A DNA stretch of 64,000 bases from an uncultured Actinomycetes bacterium (lineage in GTDB: Bacteria > Actinomycetota > UBA4738 > HRBIN12), in contig CAVZQM010000004.1 in NCBI GenBank assembly GCA_963777495.1, forward strand, positions 362,715 to 426,714. Direction: 5' to 3'. Under the pieces are notes generated by a model. That model saw nothing but the letters and a program-made list of their open reading frames with translations. It was not told where the DNA came from and made no database searches. This document shows, in pieces, positions 1-9,103 of the stretch. Position numbers and translations under genes: made by a program. Within the stretch, counting starts at the first letter, position 1. Every line of letters begins with the position of its first letter.

Positions 1-2
1 CC

Positions 3-854
3 CCTCCCGCGGACACCGGCGCAAGCGCATCGCCACCGCCCGCAGGCTCGACCGCCCCCCCGGCCGCGACGCCCGCGGTCCGGAAGCTGGCGAAGGAACG
101 TGGCATCGACCTCGCGACGATCACGGGGACGGGGCCCGGCGGGCGGATCACCGTCGAGGACTTGAACGCGGGTGGTGGGGGACCCGAGAACACGGATGTG
201 CAGCCCATCTCGGCCGTGCGCCGCGAGATCGCCCGCCGGCTGACCGAGGTGGCGGCCGTGCCGCAGGTCACGACGTTCCGAACGGTGGACTGCACCGAGC
301 TCGAGGTGTTCCGGCGCGAGCTCGACGTGTCGCCGCTCCCGGTGTTCGTCGCAGCGTTGGCGAGAACGTCCGCGGGCCATCCCCTGCTGAACGCCTCGTG
401 GCACGACGACGGCATCCACGTCCCCCGCCACGTGCACGTCGGCATCGCGACCGACACCGAACGCGGCCTCATGGTGCCGGTCCTGCGGAGCGCGCACGAG
501 ATGGGGATCGCGGGGATCGCGGCGGAGATCCGGCGACTGGCTGAAGCCGCCCGCGACGGTCACCTCCAGCCGAACGACCTTCGGGGGGCCACGATCGGCG
601 TGAGCAACACCGGGAGCTACGGATCGGAGGCCGGGACGCCGCTGCTCAACCCGGGGAACGCGGTGACCGTGGCGCTCGGCGTGATCCACCCCCGCGCGCT
701 GGTCGTGGACGGCGAGGTCGTCGCACGGCCCGCCTGCACGTTGTCGCTGACGTTCGACCATCGCGTCCTGGATGGCGCCGCGGTCGGGCGGGCGCTCACC
801 GACCTGGTCGCACTCCTGCAGGACGGCGGGCGCCTGCGAGACTTGCCCGTATGA
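3..854 (+). CDS. 2-oxoacid dehydrogenase E2 component (dihydrolipoamide acyltransferase), 5' end outside window
   Basis: The frame of ORF 162..854 stays open to the window start. Upstream residues read a P/A-rich linker, then AVRKLAKERGIDLATITGTGPGGRITVEDL (E3/E1-binding domain). The C-terminal catalytic domain carries the FDHRVLDG active-site motif. Confidence 0.85.
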   Translation, partial: PPADTGASASPPPAGSTAPPAATPAVRKLAKERGIDLATITGTGPGGRITVEDLNAGGGGPENTDVQPISAVRREIARRLTEVAAVPQVTTFRTVDCTELEVFRRELDVSPLPVFVAALARTSAGHPLLNASWHDDGIHVPRHVHVGIATDTERGLMVPVLRSAHEMGIAGIAAEIRRLAEAARDGHLQPNDLRGATIGVSNTGSYGSEAGTPLLNPGNAVTVALGVIHPRALVVDGEVVARPACTLSLTFDHRVLDGAAVGRALTDLVALLQDGGRLRDLPV

Positions 855-1765
855 AGATCGTGTCCCTGCTGCCGTCCGCGACCGAGATGGTCTACGCCCT
901 CGGGCTGGGCGACGACCTGGTCGGCGTGACCGACGAGTGCGACTTCCCACCCGACGCGGTCACGAAGCCGGTCGTGTCCCGCAGCGCGCTCCCCCAGGGT
1001 CGTCCGCTGACCTCACGGGAGATCGACGAGGCCGTCCGGTTGCGGATGGACGCACACGAGCCCATCTACCTCCTGGATAAAGAGTTCCTCCGCCGAGAGC
1101 AGCCGGACGTGATCCTGACGCAGGATCTCTGCCGGGTCTGTGCGGTGCCGAGCGGGCAGGTGCAGCGGGCGCTGGACGAGCTGGGCGTCCCCGGCGCGAA
1201 GGTCGTCTCGCTCGACCCCCACACGCTCGAGGACGTGATCGGCCAGATCGAGGCCGTCGGGTCCATGCTCGGACGGGCCGAGCGCGGCATCGAGATCGCG
1301 GACCTCCTGCGCTCGCGGGTGGCGCGGGTGAAGGAGATCGCGACGCGGCTCCCCACGATCAGGGTCTTCTCGCTCGATTGGTCGGACCCGCCGTTCGTCG
1401 CCGGGCACTGGGTGCCGGAGATGGTGGAGGCGGTCGGCGGCGTGAACCTGCTCAACGTGAAGGGCGAACCCTCGAAGGTCGTCACGTGGCGCCAGATCCG
1501 CGACGAGAACCCCGAGGTCATCGTGTTCATGCCGTGCGGCTACTACCTGGAGGAAGCCGAGGAAGAGGGCGCCGCACTCTTCGACCATCCGGACTTCGAC
1601 GATACTCCGGCAGCACGGAACAACAACGTGTTCGCGGTCGACGCCACGTCGTTCTTCTCGCGCCCGGGCCCGCGACTGGTGGACGGCTTGGAGATCATGG
1701 CCTGGGCGGTGCACCCCGAGGCCTATCCGGAACCGCCGGCCGCGTCCATCAGCCGGCTGAAGTGA
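851..1765 (+). CDS. Periplasmic-binding-protein type 2 family protein (BtuF/FhuD-like cobalamin or siderophore binding fold)
   Basis: 304-aa ORF. The N-terminus KIVSLLPSATEMVYALGLGDDLVGVTDECDFP and the later FMPCGY region are typical of BtuF-like ABC substrate-binding proteins. No obvious signal peptide. The ATG overlaps the E2 stop (ATGA). Confidence 0.65.
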   Translation: MKIVSLLPSATEMVYALGLGDDLVGVTDECDFPPDAVTKPVVSRSALPQGRPLTSREIDEAVRLRMDAHEPIYLLDKEFLRREQPDVILTQDLCRVCAVPSGQVQRALDELGVPGAKVVSLDPHTLEDVIGQIEAVGSMLGRAERGIEIADLLRSRVARVKEIATRLPTIRVFSLDWSDPPFVAGHWVPEMVEAVGGVNLLNVKGEPSKVVTWRQIRDENPEVIVFMPCGYYLEEAEEEGAALFDHPDFDDTPAARNNNVFAVDATSFFSRPGPRLVDGLEIMAWAVHPEAYPEPPAASISRLK

Positions 1766-2706
1766 GCGAGCTGATCGAACCATCTGAACCCGATCTCGCG
1801 GGCCGGCGTCGCAGCGTGATGTCGACCACGTCGGGAACGCACCTCGGCGCGTTCACCCCCCTCGACTGGCTGTTGTTCTGGTCGATCGGCCTCATCTGGG
1901 GCTCGTCGTTCCTGTTGATCGCGATCGGCCTGGACGCGTTCGAGCCCGGGCTGGTCACGTGGCTTCGGGTCATCTTCGGAGCGGCAGCGCTCTGGATGGT
2001 TCCGGCCGCTCGGCAGCGCACGGAGCGCGAGGACCTGCCCCGACTGGTCGCGGTGTCCGTCCTGTGGATCGCGATCCCGTTCACGCTCTTCCCGCTGGCA
2101 GAGCAGCACATCTCATCCGGGATCACCGGCCTGATCAACGGGTCGCTGCCGATCTTCGCGGTCGCGTTCGGCTCGATCATGCTGCGCCGCGTTCCCGGGC
2201 GGTCGCAGGCGCTCGGGCTCGCCCTCGGGTTCCTGGGCATCGTGGCGATCGCCCTGCCGTCGTTCGGCGAAGGGTCCAGCGAGACGATCGGTGTCCTGCT
2301 GGCGTTGGGCGCCGTCGTCTGTTACGGGGTGGCGATCAACCTGGTGACCCCGCTCACGCAGCGGTACGGATCGCTCCCCGTCATGGCCCGGGTCATCGGG
2401 ATGGCCGCGATCCTGACCCTGCCGTTCGGCGTCGCGAGCATCCCCGGCTCGACGTTCGAGTGGCCGTCGTTCCTCGCCGTCGTGGTCCTCGGCGTCATGG
2501 GAACGGGGGTCGCCTTCGTCCTGATGGGGCGCCTCGTCGCCAGGGTCGGCGCCCGCGCATCCTTCGCCACGTACCTGATCCCCGTCGTCGCGCTGATCCT
2601 GGGCGTGATCTTCCGTGACGAGTCGGTGCACGTGCTCTCGATCGTCGGCGTCGCGCTGGTGTTGGCCGGCGCGCTGCTCGCCTCGCGGAAGGAGCGCGAC
2701 GCGTGA
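1762..2706 (+). CDS. EamA/DMT-family transporter (10-TM permease)
   Basis: The hydrophobic, helix-rich part of ORF 1378..2706 shows duplicated EamA-like halves. GTG 1762 overlaps the upstream stop (GTGA). ATG 1819 (MSTTSG...) is an alternative start. Confidence 0.8.
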   Translation: MSELIEPSEPDLAGRRRSVMSTTSGTHLGAFTPLDWLLFWSIGLIWGSSFLLIAIGLDAFEPGLVTWLRVIFGAAALWMVPAARQRTEREDLPRLVAVSVLWIAIPFTLFPLAEQHISSGITGLINGSLPIFAVAFGSIMLRRVPGRSQALGLALGFLGIVAIALPSFGEGSSETIGVLLALGAVVCYGVAINLVTPLTQRYGSLPVMARVIGMAAILTLPFGVASIPGSTFEWPSFLAVVVLGVMGTGVAFVLMGRLVARVGARASFATYLIPVVALILGVIFRDESVHVLSIVGVALVLAGALLASRKERDA

Positions 2707-3491
2707 GCACCGATCCCGATCTCGGCCACGCCCCCATCCTGGAGTTCGACCCCTCGCCGACGGCCGTGATCGAACCGTCCGACCACATCGACGCCATCGA
2801 CATCCCTCCGCACGCGGTCCTGTGCTTCTTCCAGGACGTCATCGAGAAGGTGGTGGCCGAGCACGGCGGAAGGGTCATCGACCACGTGGTCTCCGAGATC
2901 GGGCAGAACCCGGTCTACGAGCTGGAGATCGACGGCCGACGCCTGGCGCTCCTGCACCCCGGCGTCGGCGCACCGCTCGCGGGCGGATTCCTGGAGGAGC
3001 TGATCGCGCGCGGCTGCCGGACGTTCATCGCCTGCGGAGGGGCGGGCGTCCTGGTTCCCGACGTCGCGCTCGGTCACGTGATCGTCCCGACGGCGGCGAT
3101 CCGGGACGAGGGCACCTCCTACCACTACCTGCCCGCTGCCCGCGAGGTGGAGCCGTCGGCAGCGGCGGTCCGCTCGATCGTGGCAACCCTCGAACGGCAT
3201 CACGTTCCCCACGTGACCGGCAAGACCTGGACGACCGACGGCCTCTATCGCGAGACCCGCGGGAAGATCGACCGTCGCGTCGCTGAAGGGTGCCTCACGG
3301 TCGAGATGGAGGCCGCGGCGTTCTTCGCGGTCGCCGCGTTCCGCGGCGTGACGTTCGGACAGCTGCTCTACGCGGGTGACGACCTGTCCGGGGACGCCTG
3401 GGACAACCGCGGCTGGAACGAGCATGCCACCGGCAGGGAGCTGCTGTTCCGTTTGGCGGCCGAGGCGTGCCTGGACCTTCCCGCCGGATAG
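2703..3491 (+). CDS. Nucleoside phosphorylase family protein (PNP_UDP_1 / uridine phosphorylase-like)
   Basis: 262 aa. The motifs GVGAPLAGGFLEELIARGCRTFIACGGAG and TVEMEAAAFFAVA are typical of the PNP/UDP phosphorylase fold. The GTG start overlaps the EamA stop. Confidence 0.7.
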   Translation: MSTDPDLGHAPILEFDPSPTAVIEPSDHIDAIDIPPHAVLCFFQDVIEKVVAEHGGRVIDHVVSEIGQNPVYELEIDGRRLALLHPGVGAPLAGGFLEELIARGCRTFIACGGAGVLVPDVALGHVIVPTAAIRDEGTSYHYLPAAREVEPSAAAVRSIVATLERHHVPHVTGKTWTTDGLYRETRGKIDRRVAEGCLTVEMEAAAFFAVAAFRGVTFGQLLYAGDDLSGDAWDNRGWNEHATGRELLFRLAAEACLDLPAG

Positions 3492-3522
3492 CGGCATCCC
3501 GGCGTTGGGTATCCTCCGGCGC

Positions 3523-3756
3523 ATGGAAGCCGTGAACCTGGTCACGCCGGGCGACATCGGTAAGCGCGTGACGTTCCAGTTCGAGCTCCCGAACGGCTTC
3601 CTGTCCGAGGTGGTGGGCGTGCTTGAACGCTACGACGAGGGCGCTGAAACCTACTTCGTACGGCGGAAGACCGGTGAGGTCGTGCGGGTGCCGGAGCGCG
3701 GCATCCGGTTCGGCAAGCTGGTCGCCCCCCCGAAGCCGCGAGGGCCACTGTCGTGA
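3523..3756 (+). CDS. Small hypothetical protein (77 aa)
   Basis: Internal ATG of ORF 3376..3756. The composition from MEAVNLVTPGDIGKRVTF onward looks protein-like, and the stop overlaps the next start (GTGA). No recognised family. Confidence 0.4.
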   Translation: MEAVNLVTPGDIGKRVTFQFELPNGFLSEVVGVLERYDEGAETYFVRRKTGEVVRVPERGIRFGKLVAPPKPRGPLS

Positions 3757-4166
3757 GCGAGCTCCCATCCGCGTTCATCCGCCGGCGCCTCGGGAGCGAG
3801 GACGCGCACTACGGCGGCGGCTTGGTAGCGGGTGCGAAGCAACTGGAGATCGTCGGAGACCTCATCACCGAGCTGGCGATGCGGTACGACGGGGACGAAG
3901 GGTTGTTCCGGGCCTACGAGTCCGTCGAGTTCCTGGCGCCGTTGTACGCGGGCGATTGGATCGAGGCGAAGGGCCGGATCGTCCGCGTGGGGACCACGTC
4001 GCGCACGTGCGAGTTCGAGGTATGGAAGGTCGGCGGGGCGCGGAGCGACGTGAGCGAGTCGGCGGCGGAGTTCCTGGACGATCCGATCCTGGTGTGCCGC
4101 GCGGTGGGGACGACGGTCGTGACGAAGGATCACCAGCGGGTCGCGCACGGATCCGGCGACGCCTAG
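3753..4166 (+). CDS. Hotdog-fold protein (thioesterase/dehydratase-like; resembles 3-aminobutyryl-CoA ammonia-lyase type)
   Basis: 137 aa. SEDAHYGGGLVAGAKQLEIVGDLITEL ... GDWIEAKGRIVRVG is a hotdog-like pattern recognised from memory. The exact subfamily is unverified. Confidence 0.55.
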   Translation: MSELPSAFIRRRLGSEDAHYGGGLVAGAKQLEIVGDLITELAMRYDGDEGLFRAYESVEFLAPLYAGDWIEAKGRIVRVGTTSRTCEFEVWKVGGARSDVSESAAEFLDDPILVCRAVGTTVVTKDHQRVAHGSGDA

Positions 4167-4173
4167 CGGTCGC

Positions 4174-4563
4174 TCAGGAGGCCTTCTCCAGACCCTGGAG
4201 CACCGCCAACAGGTCGTCGACGTTGAACGGTTTGGGCATGAACGCGTCGGCCCCCATCTCGGCGGCCTTGGCCCGATCCCGCAGGTTCGCCATGGCCGAG
4301 ACCACGACCACTCGGGGACGGTCCTGATGCGGGAGCTGCATCATCTGTTCGAGGACGGCCCACCCGTCCATCGTGGGCATCATGATGTCGAGCAGCATGA
4401 GCTGCGGATGATGCTCGGCGATCGCGAGCAGCGCCTGGGCGCCGTCCCGTGCCGCGAACGTGGTGTAGCCCTCCGCCTCGAGGCTGAACTGGAGCACCCA
4501 CACGACTTGGGGCTCGTCGTCGACGACGAGCACGCTGGTGCCGAGAGCCGCTGGGTCCGTCAT
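4174..4563 (-). CDS. Single-domain response regulator (CheY-like receiver)
   Basis: 129 aa with VLVVDDEP...LLDIMMPTMDGW...KPF receiver motifs and no output domain. Confidence 0.85.
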   Translation of the reverse strand: MTDPAALGTSVLVVDDEPQVVWVLQFSLEAEGYTTFAARDGAQALLAIAEHHPQLMLLDIMMPTMDGWAVLEQMMQLPHQDRPRVVVVSAMANLRDRAKAAEMGADAFMPKPFNVDDLLAVLQGLEKAS

Positions 4564-4715
4564 AGCCCGCAGAGCGTACGTGCGGAACGCCGGTGGCGGA
4601 ATCGGCCGCCCGGGCGGTTTCTCGCATGGCCCGCCGGGCTATGCGAACCGGCCGAGGGTCCATCCGTCCGGGGGAGCCCGAACTAGTCAGCCCCGGGGCA
4701 TCCCGGTGACCGAGA

Positions 4716-5150
4716 TCAGCTCGCGGTGTAGTCGGACAGGCCGGTCAGCGCGTCCAGGTCGTCGAGATCCTCGAGGTCGTGAACGACTCCGATCAGATCT
4801 TCGACGTTGAAGGGCTTCGGGCAGAACGCGTCAGCTCCGAGCTCCGCGGCCCGCGCACGATCGCGCAGGCTGGAGAGCGCCGAAACGACAACGACCCGGG
4901 GACGCTTGGCGTCGGGGAGCTTGCCGATCTGCTCGAGCACGCTCCACCCGTCCAACGTCGGCATCATGATGTCGAGCAGCATGAGCCGGGGATGGAACAG
5001 GTCGACCGCCTCGAGAGCCGCAGCTCCGTCGCGCGCCGACAGCGTCGTGTACCCCTCGGCCTCCAGGCTGTACTGGAGGACCCAGACGACCTGCGGCTCG
5101 TCATCGACGACGAGGACGCTGTGATCGAGAGTGTCGGTAGTGGTTTCCAT
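4716..5150 (-). CDS. Single-domain response regulator (paralogue of 4174..4563) with acidic C-terminal tail
   Basis: Internal ATG (METTTDTLDHSVLVVDDEP...) of ORF 4716..5285. The receiver domain is roughly 70% identical by eye to the neighbouring regulator. Confidence 0.85.
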   Translation of the reverse strand: METTTDTLDHSVLVVDDEPQVVWVLQYSLEAEGYTTLSARDGAAALEAVDLFHPRLMLLDIMMPTLDGWSVLEQIGKLPDAKRPRVVVVSALSSLRDRARAAELGADAFCPKPFNVEDLIGVVHDLEDLDDLDALTGLSDYTAS

Positions 5151-5308
5151 ACCTGAAGGAAGGTACGGCTTCCCGAGGCCCCGGCTGTATCGGCCAGACT
5201 GCCCTTTCTGTTGGCATGCGCACGACCTAGGTCTTCGTGGCGTTCGCTCTGGACGGGTGATGGCGGCGTAGCCAGTCGTGACCATCTGGGGTAGTCACGC
5301 AGACAGCC

Positions 5309-6307
5309 TCAGACGAGCTCGACACCCGCACCCGGTCTCACGTCGCCGATGGCGAACGCTCCGTCCGCGTTGCGGCCCAGGACCTCCTCAGCGCTCTCCG
5401 GGGCAACGACCAGCACCATCCCGAGCCCCATGTTGAAGGTCGAGAACAGGTCGCTCTCGGTGGCACCTGACGAGCTGCGCAAGAGCTCGAAGATCGCCGG
5501 CTCCGGCCAGGAGCCGCGTCGGATCTGCGCGCCGAGTCCCGGCGGAAGGGCACGGGGGACGTTCTCGATGATCCCGCCACCGGTGATGTGAGCGGCCGCG
5601 TTGAGCAGCCCCGCCTCGGCCAGCTCCCGGACCTGCGGCGCATAGATGATGCAGGGCTCCAGCAACTCCTCGGCCAGCGTCCGTCCGAGCCCGGGCGGCG
5701 TCGCGTCGAGCGCGTACCGGTCGAGCAGCACCGTCCGCACCAGCGAGTACCCGTTCGCGTGCAGTCCGCTCGATGGCCATCCGATCAGCACGTCGCCATC
5801 ACGCACGCGGTGCGGCCCCAGGAGCGCCGCCTCGTCGGCGACGCCGACGCAGAAGCCGGCCAGGTCGAACTGGTCGTCCGGCATCACCCCGGGGTGTTCC
5901 GCCGTCTCGCCGCCCAGGAGCGCACATCCCGCGCGCCGGCATCCCTCCGCCACCCCCTCGACGATCGCCGCGACGCGTTCGGGGATCACGCGACCAACCG
6001 CGAGGTAGTCCAGGAAGAACAGCGGCTCCGCCCCCGTGCAGACGACGTCGTCGGCGCACATGGCCACCAGATCGATACCGACGGTGTCCATCCGTCCGGT
6101 CAGCCGGGCGATCTCGAGCTTGGTGCCGACGCCATCGGTCGCCGCGGCGAGGACCCGTCCCTCCCCGATCCGGAACAACCCGGCGAAGCCGCCGACCTCG
6201 TCGGCTACCTCCGGACGCCTCGCGCGTGCGGCCAGATCGGCGATCAGCGTGACGGCTTTCGCCGCCGCCTCGGTGTCGACACCGGCTCGGCGATACGCGT
6301 CGCTCAC
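5309..6307 (-). CDS. purM: Phosphoribosylformylglycinamidine cyclo-ligase (AIR synthetase)
   Basis: 332 aa. SDAYRRAGVD...GGFAGLF...DGVGTK and the C-terminal AIRS_C pattern are typical of PurM. Confidence 0.95.
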   Translation of the reverse strand: MSDAYRRAGVDTEAAAKAVTLIADLAARARRPEVADEVGGFAGLFRIGEGRVLAAATDGVGTKLEIARLTGRMDTVGIDLVAMCADDVVCTGAEPLFFLDYLAVGRVIPERVAAIVEGVAEGCRRAGCALLGGETAEHPGVMPDDQFDLAGFCVGVADEAALLGPHRVRDGDVLIGWPSSGLHANGYSLVRTVLLDRYALDATPPGLGRTLAEELLEPCIIYAPQVRELAEAGLLNAAAHITGGGIIENVPRALPPGLGAQIRRGSWPEPAIFELLRSSSGATESDLFSTFNMGLGMVLVVAPESAEEVLGRNADGAFAIGDVRPGAGVELV

Positions 6308-6314
6308 GGCATGC

Positions 6315-7727
6315 TCAGGCTGTCGGGAGCGTGAGCTGTTCTTCCAGCACGTACTTGCCGGCGCGCTCGGGGATGGGGATCGGGTACTCCCCGTCGAAGC
6401 ACGCCCGGCAGAAGTCGTCCTTCGGGGAGCCGGCGGCCTCGACCAGGCCGTCGAGCGAGACGTAGCCGAGGGAGTCGGCTCCCAGGAACGCGCAGATCTC
6501 CTCGACCGTGAGGTCCGAGGCGACGAGCTCCTGACGTGTCGACATGTCGATCCCGTAGAAGCACGGCCACTTGATGGGCGGTGAGGTGATGCGGATGTGC
6601 ACCTCGGACGCCCCCGCCTCCCGGAGCGCCTGCACGATCTGGCGGGTGGTGGTACCGCGGACGATGGAGTCGTCGACGACCACCAGGCGTTTCCCGCGGA
6701 TCGAATCGGGAAGCGGGTTGAGCTTCAGCTTGACGCCTCGGTCCCGGAGCGACTGCGACGGCTGGATGAACGTGCGCCCGACGTAGTTGTTCTTGATCAG
6801 GCCGTCGCCGTACGGGATGCCCGAGAACTCCGCATACCCTTGCGCCGCCGGATGGGCGGTCTGTGGCACGGCGATGACCATGTCCGCCTCGGTCGGATGT
6901 TCCTGTGCGAGCCGTCGCCCCATCTCGCGGCGCGCCTCGTGCACGGAGGTCCCCAACAGCCGGGAGTCCGGCCGGGCCAGGTAGACGAACTCGAAGATGC
7001 AGAGGGCGGCGCGCGGTGTCTCGGCGAACCGCGCCGAGTGAAGACCCCGGTCGTCGATCCGGACCAGTTCCCCCGGCTCCACCTCTCGCACCAGGGTGGC
7101 GCCCACGATGTCCAGGGCACACGTCTCCGAGGCGAAGCAGAAGCCGTTGGGGAGGCGGCCGATCGACAGCGGTCGGATCCCGAGCGGGTCCCGTGCGGCG
7201 TAGACGCTCCGTTCGTCCATGAAGACGAAGCTGAACGCGCCGGCCAGGGTGGGCAGGAGTCCGAGCGCGGCATCCTCGAGCCCATTCGTCGCCATCTGTT
7301 CGGCGAGCATGGCCGTCACCACGTCGGTGTCCGTGGTGGCGCTCCCCCGTCGCCCGGCGAGCTCCGCGAGGTCGCGAGTGTTGACCAGGTTGCCGTTGTG
7401 ACCGAGAGCGATCGAACGGACGCCGTCGGTCTTGAAGACCGGCTGGGCGTTGTCCCACGTGCTCGAACCGGTCGTGGAATAGCGGGTGTGGCCGATCGCC
7501 AGATCGCCGTGGAGCGTGGTCAGCGTGGCTTCGTTGAAGACCTGGCTGACGAGGCCGAGGTCCTTGTAGACGAGGATGTTGTCGCCATCGCTGACCGCGA
7601 TGCCGGCGGATTCCTGGCCGCGATGCTGCTGGGCGAAGAGGCCGAAGTAGGTGAGCCGAGCGACGTCTTCGCCGGGAGCCCAGACGCCGAAGAGTCCACA
7701 TTCGTCTTTCGGTGACTCCGCCCCCAC
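6315..7727 (-). CDS. purF: Amidophosphoribosyltransferase
   Basis: 470 aa. It has the N-terminal nucleophile CGLFGVW, the QHRGQESAGIA motif and the PRTase motif LVVVDDSIVRGTT. Confidence 0.95.
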   Translation of the reverse strand: MGAESPKDECGLFGVWAPGEDVARLTYFGLFAQQHRGQESAGIAVSDGDNILVYKDLGLVSQVFNEATLTTLHGDLAIGHTRYSTTGSSTWDNAQPVFKTDGVRSIALGHNGNLVNTRDLAELAGRRGSATTDTDVVTAMLAEQMATNGLEDAALGLLPTLAGAFSFVFMDERSVYAARDPLGIRPLSIGRLPNGFCFASETCALDIVGATLVREVEPGELVRIDDRGLHSARFAETPRAALCIFEFVYLARPDSRLLGTSVHEARREMGRRLAQEHPTEADMVIAVPQTAHPAAQGYAEFSGIPYGDGLIKNNYVGRTFIQPSQSLRDRGVKLKLNPLPDSIRGKRLVVVDDSIVRGTTTRQIVQALREAGASEVHIRITSPPIKWPCFYGIDMSTRQELVASDLTVEEICAFLGADSLGYVSLDGLVEAAGSPKDDFCRACFDGEYPIPIPERAGKYVLEEQLTLPTA

Positions 7728-7783
7728 GAGGCGTTCAGCCTATCAGGCGGTCGTGAGCCGAACGCCACGGCGACTCCGCGATC

Positions 7784-8401
7784 TCAGCCCGGTGCGAGCA
7801 CGCCCTCGAGCTCGAGCAGGCGCACCTTCCGGTCGAGGCCACCGGCGTAACCCGTGAGTTTGCCGTTCGCGCCGATCACCCGGTGGCAGGGGATCACGAT
7901 GGGGATCGGGTTGGAGCCCAGAGCCCTTCCCACGGCGCGCGCGGCGCTGGGGTGGCCGATCTTCTTCGCGACCTCTCCGTACGTGTTCGTCTCCCCGAAA
8001 CCGATCTTGCCGGTCTGCACCAATACGTCCCGGGCGATGCCGTGGATCAGCCGGCGATCCACGCGAAGATCGAACGTCGTCCGCTCCGCGGCGAAGTACT
8101 CGTCCAGCTCCCGCCGCCACTCGTCCGTGGCTTTCGCCGACGGCATGATCCGCGGCGAGATCTCACGGGCGATCCGACCCAGGAGCTCGTCGCGATACCG
8201 CTGGCCCTCGAAGGCCACACAAGCGAGACCACGGGACGATACCGCCACCATCAGGTTCCCGATCGGGGAGTCCATCTCCGCGACGGCGACATCGAGCAGA
8301 CCCGCCGCTGAGGCCAGGTCGGGCAACGCCGCTGACGCGACGCGCGAACGCCGGTCGGCCTCCGTCCGGTCCGCCAACTCCTTCAGCTCCTCGAGCTTCA
8401 T
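7784..8401 (-). CDS. ogt: Methylated-DNA--protein-cysteine methyltransferase (Ogt/Ada C-domain type)
   Basis: It carries the active-site IPCHRVIGANGKLTGYAGG motif. The internal ATG (MKLEELKE...) overlaps the stop of the upstream sigma gene (ATGA at 8398-8401). Confidence 0.85.
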   Translation of the reverse strand: MKLEELKELADRTEADRRSRVASAALPDLASAAGLLDVAVAEMDSPIGNLMVAVSSRGLACVAFEGQRYRDELLGRIAREISPRIMPSAKATDEWRRELDEYFAAERTTFDLRVDRRLIHGIARDVLVQTGKIGFGETNTYGEVAKKIGHPSAARAVGRALGSNPIPIVIPCHRVIGANGKLTGYAGGLDRKVRLLELEGVLAPG

Positions 8402-8874
8402 CTCATCATCTCCCGCAGCTTCTTTGTGCCCTGGTAGACGTTCGCCCGGGCGTTCTCCTCGGTGGTTCCCATCAGGTCCGCGATCTCGGCATACGGTCGG
8501 TCCAGCACGTGCCGGTGAACGACCGCCACTCGCTGACGCGGTGGCAACGCACGGATCGCGTCCCACACCTCGTCGTCGGGGGTCGGGTCGGCCGCCGGCA
8601 CCGCCCCCACGGGCGGGTCGGCCGTCGGCACCGCGTGCCGCGCCCCCGCTCGATGATGGTCGATCGCCTTCCGCGACGCGATGCGCATGACCCAGCGGTC
8701 CAGCCGCTCGCCGCGGGTCACGCGCGGATATGCGCGCAGCGCCGAGAGGAACGTGTCCTGGAAACAGTCGTCGGCGTCGTTCGGACCGACCGCGACGGTC
8801 AGGAACCGGTAGACCGCGGCGCGGTTCGCCTCCAGGAAGTCCTGGAACGGTGGCACGGTGGAGCTCACGACCAC
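8398..8874 (-). CDS. ECF-type sigma-70 family RNA polymerase sigma factor
   Basis: Region 2 (DCFQDTFLSALRAY, RWVMRIASRKAIDHHR) and region 4 (LPPRQRVAVVHRHVLDRPYAEIADLMGTTEENARANVYQGTKKLR) are both present. The start is uncertain: GTG 8874 is used here, and ATG 9015/9006 or 9063 are possible. Confidence 0.75.
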   Translation of the reverse strand: MVVSSTVPPFQDFLEANRAAVYRFLTVAVGPNDADDCFQDTFLSALRAYPRVTRGERLDRWVMRIASRKAIDHHRAGARHAVPTADPPVGAVPAADPTPDDEVWDAIRALPPRQRVAVVHRHVLDRPYAEIADLMGTTEENARANVYQGTKKLREMMR

Positions 8875-9103
8875 CGCCAGCGCCGGAACAGCGAGCGCAC
8901 CGGGTCGTCTGCCGCCGCGCTCTCGTTGCGCCGGAGCGGCGAGCAGCCCGGACGGATCCGCTTCGACGTCCTCACGTACTCCGCATCCGGCTCCGTCACT
9001 CGCCATCGTGACCATCGATCGCTCATCATCATCTCCTCCCGCTCCGTCCGTCACCCGGAACAACGCACCGGGAGGCTCGTTCGTGAAAGACCGGAGGGGA
9101 CGT

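Noticed and set aside
6304-7715. 465-aa (minus) and 372-aa (plus) ORFs overlapping purF
   Set aside because: They are alternative-frame and antisense shadows of purF with R/G/P-rich translations.
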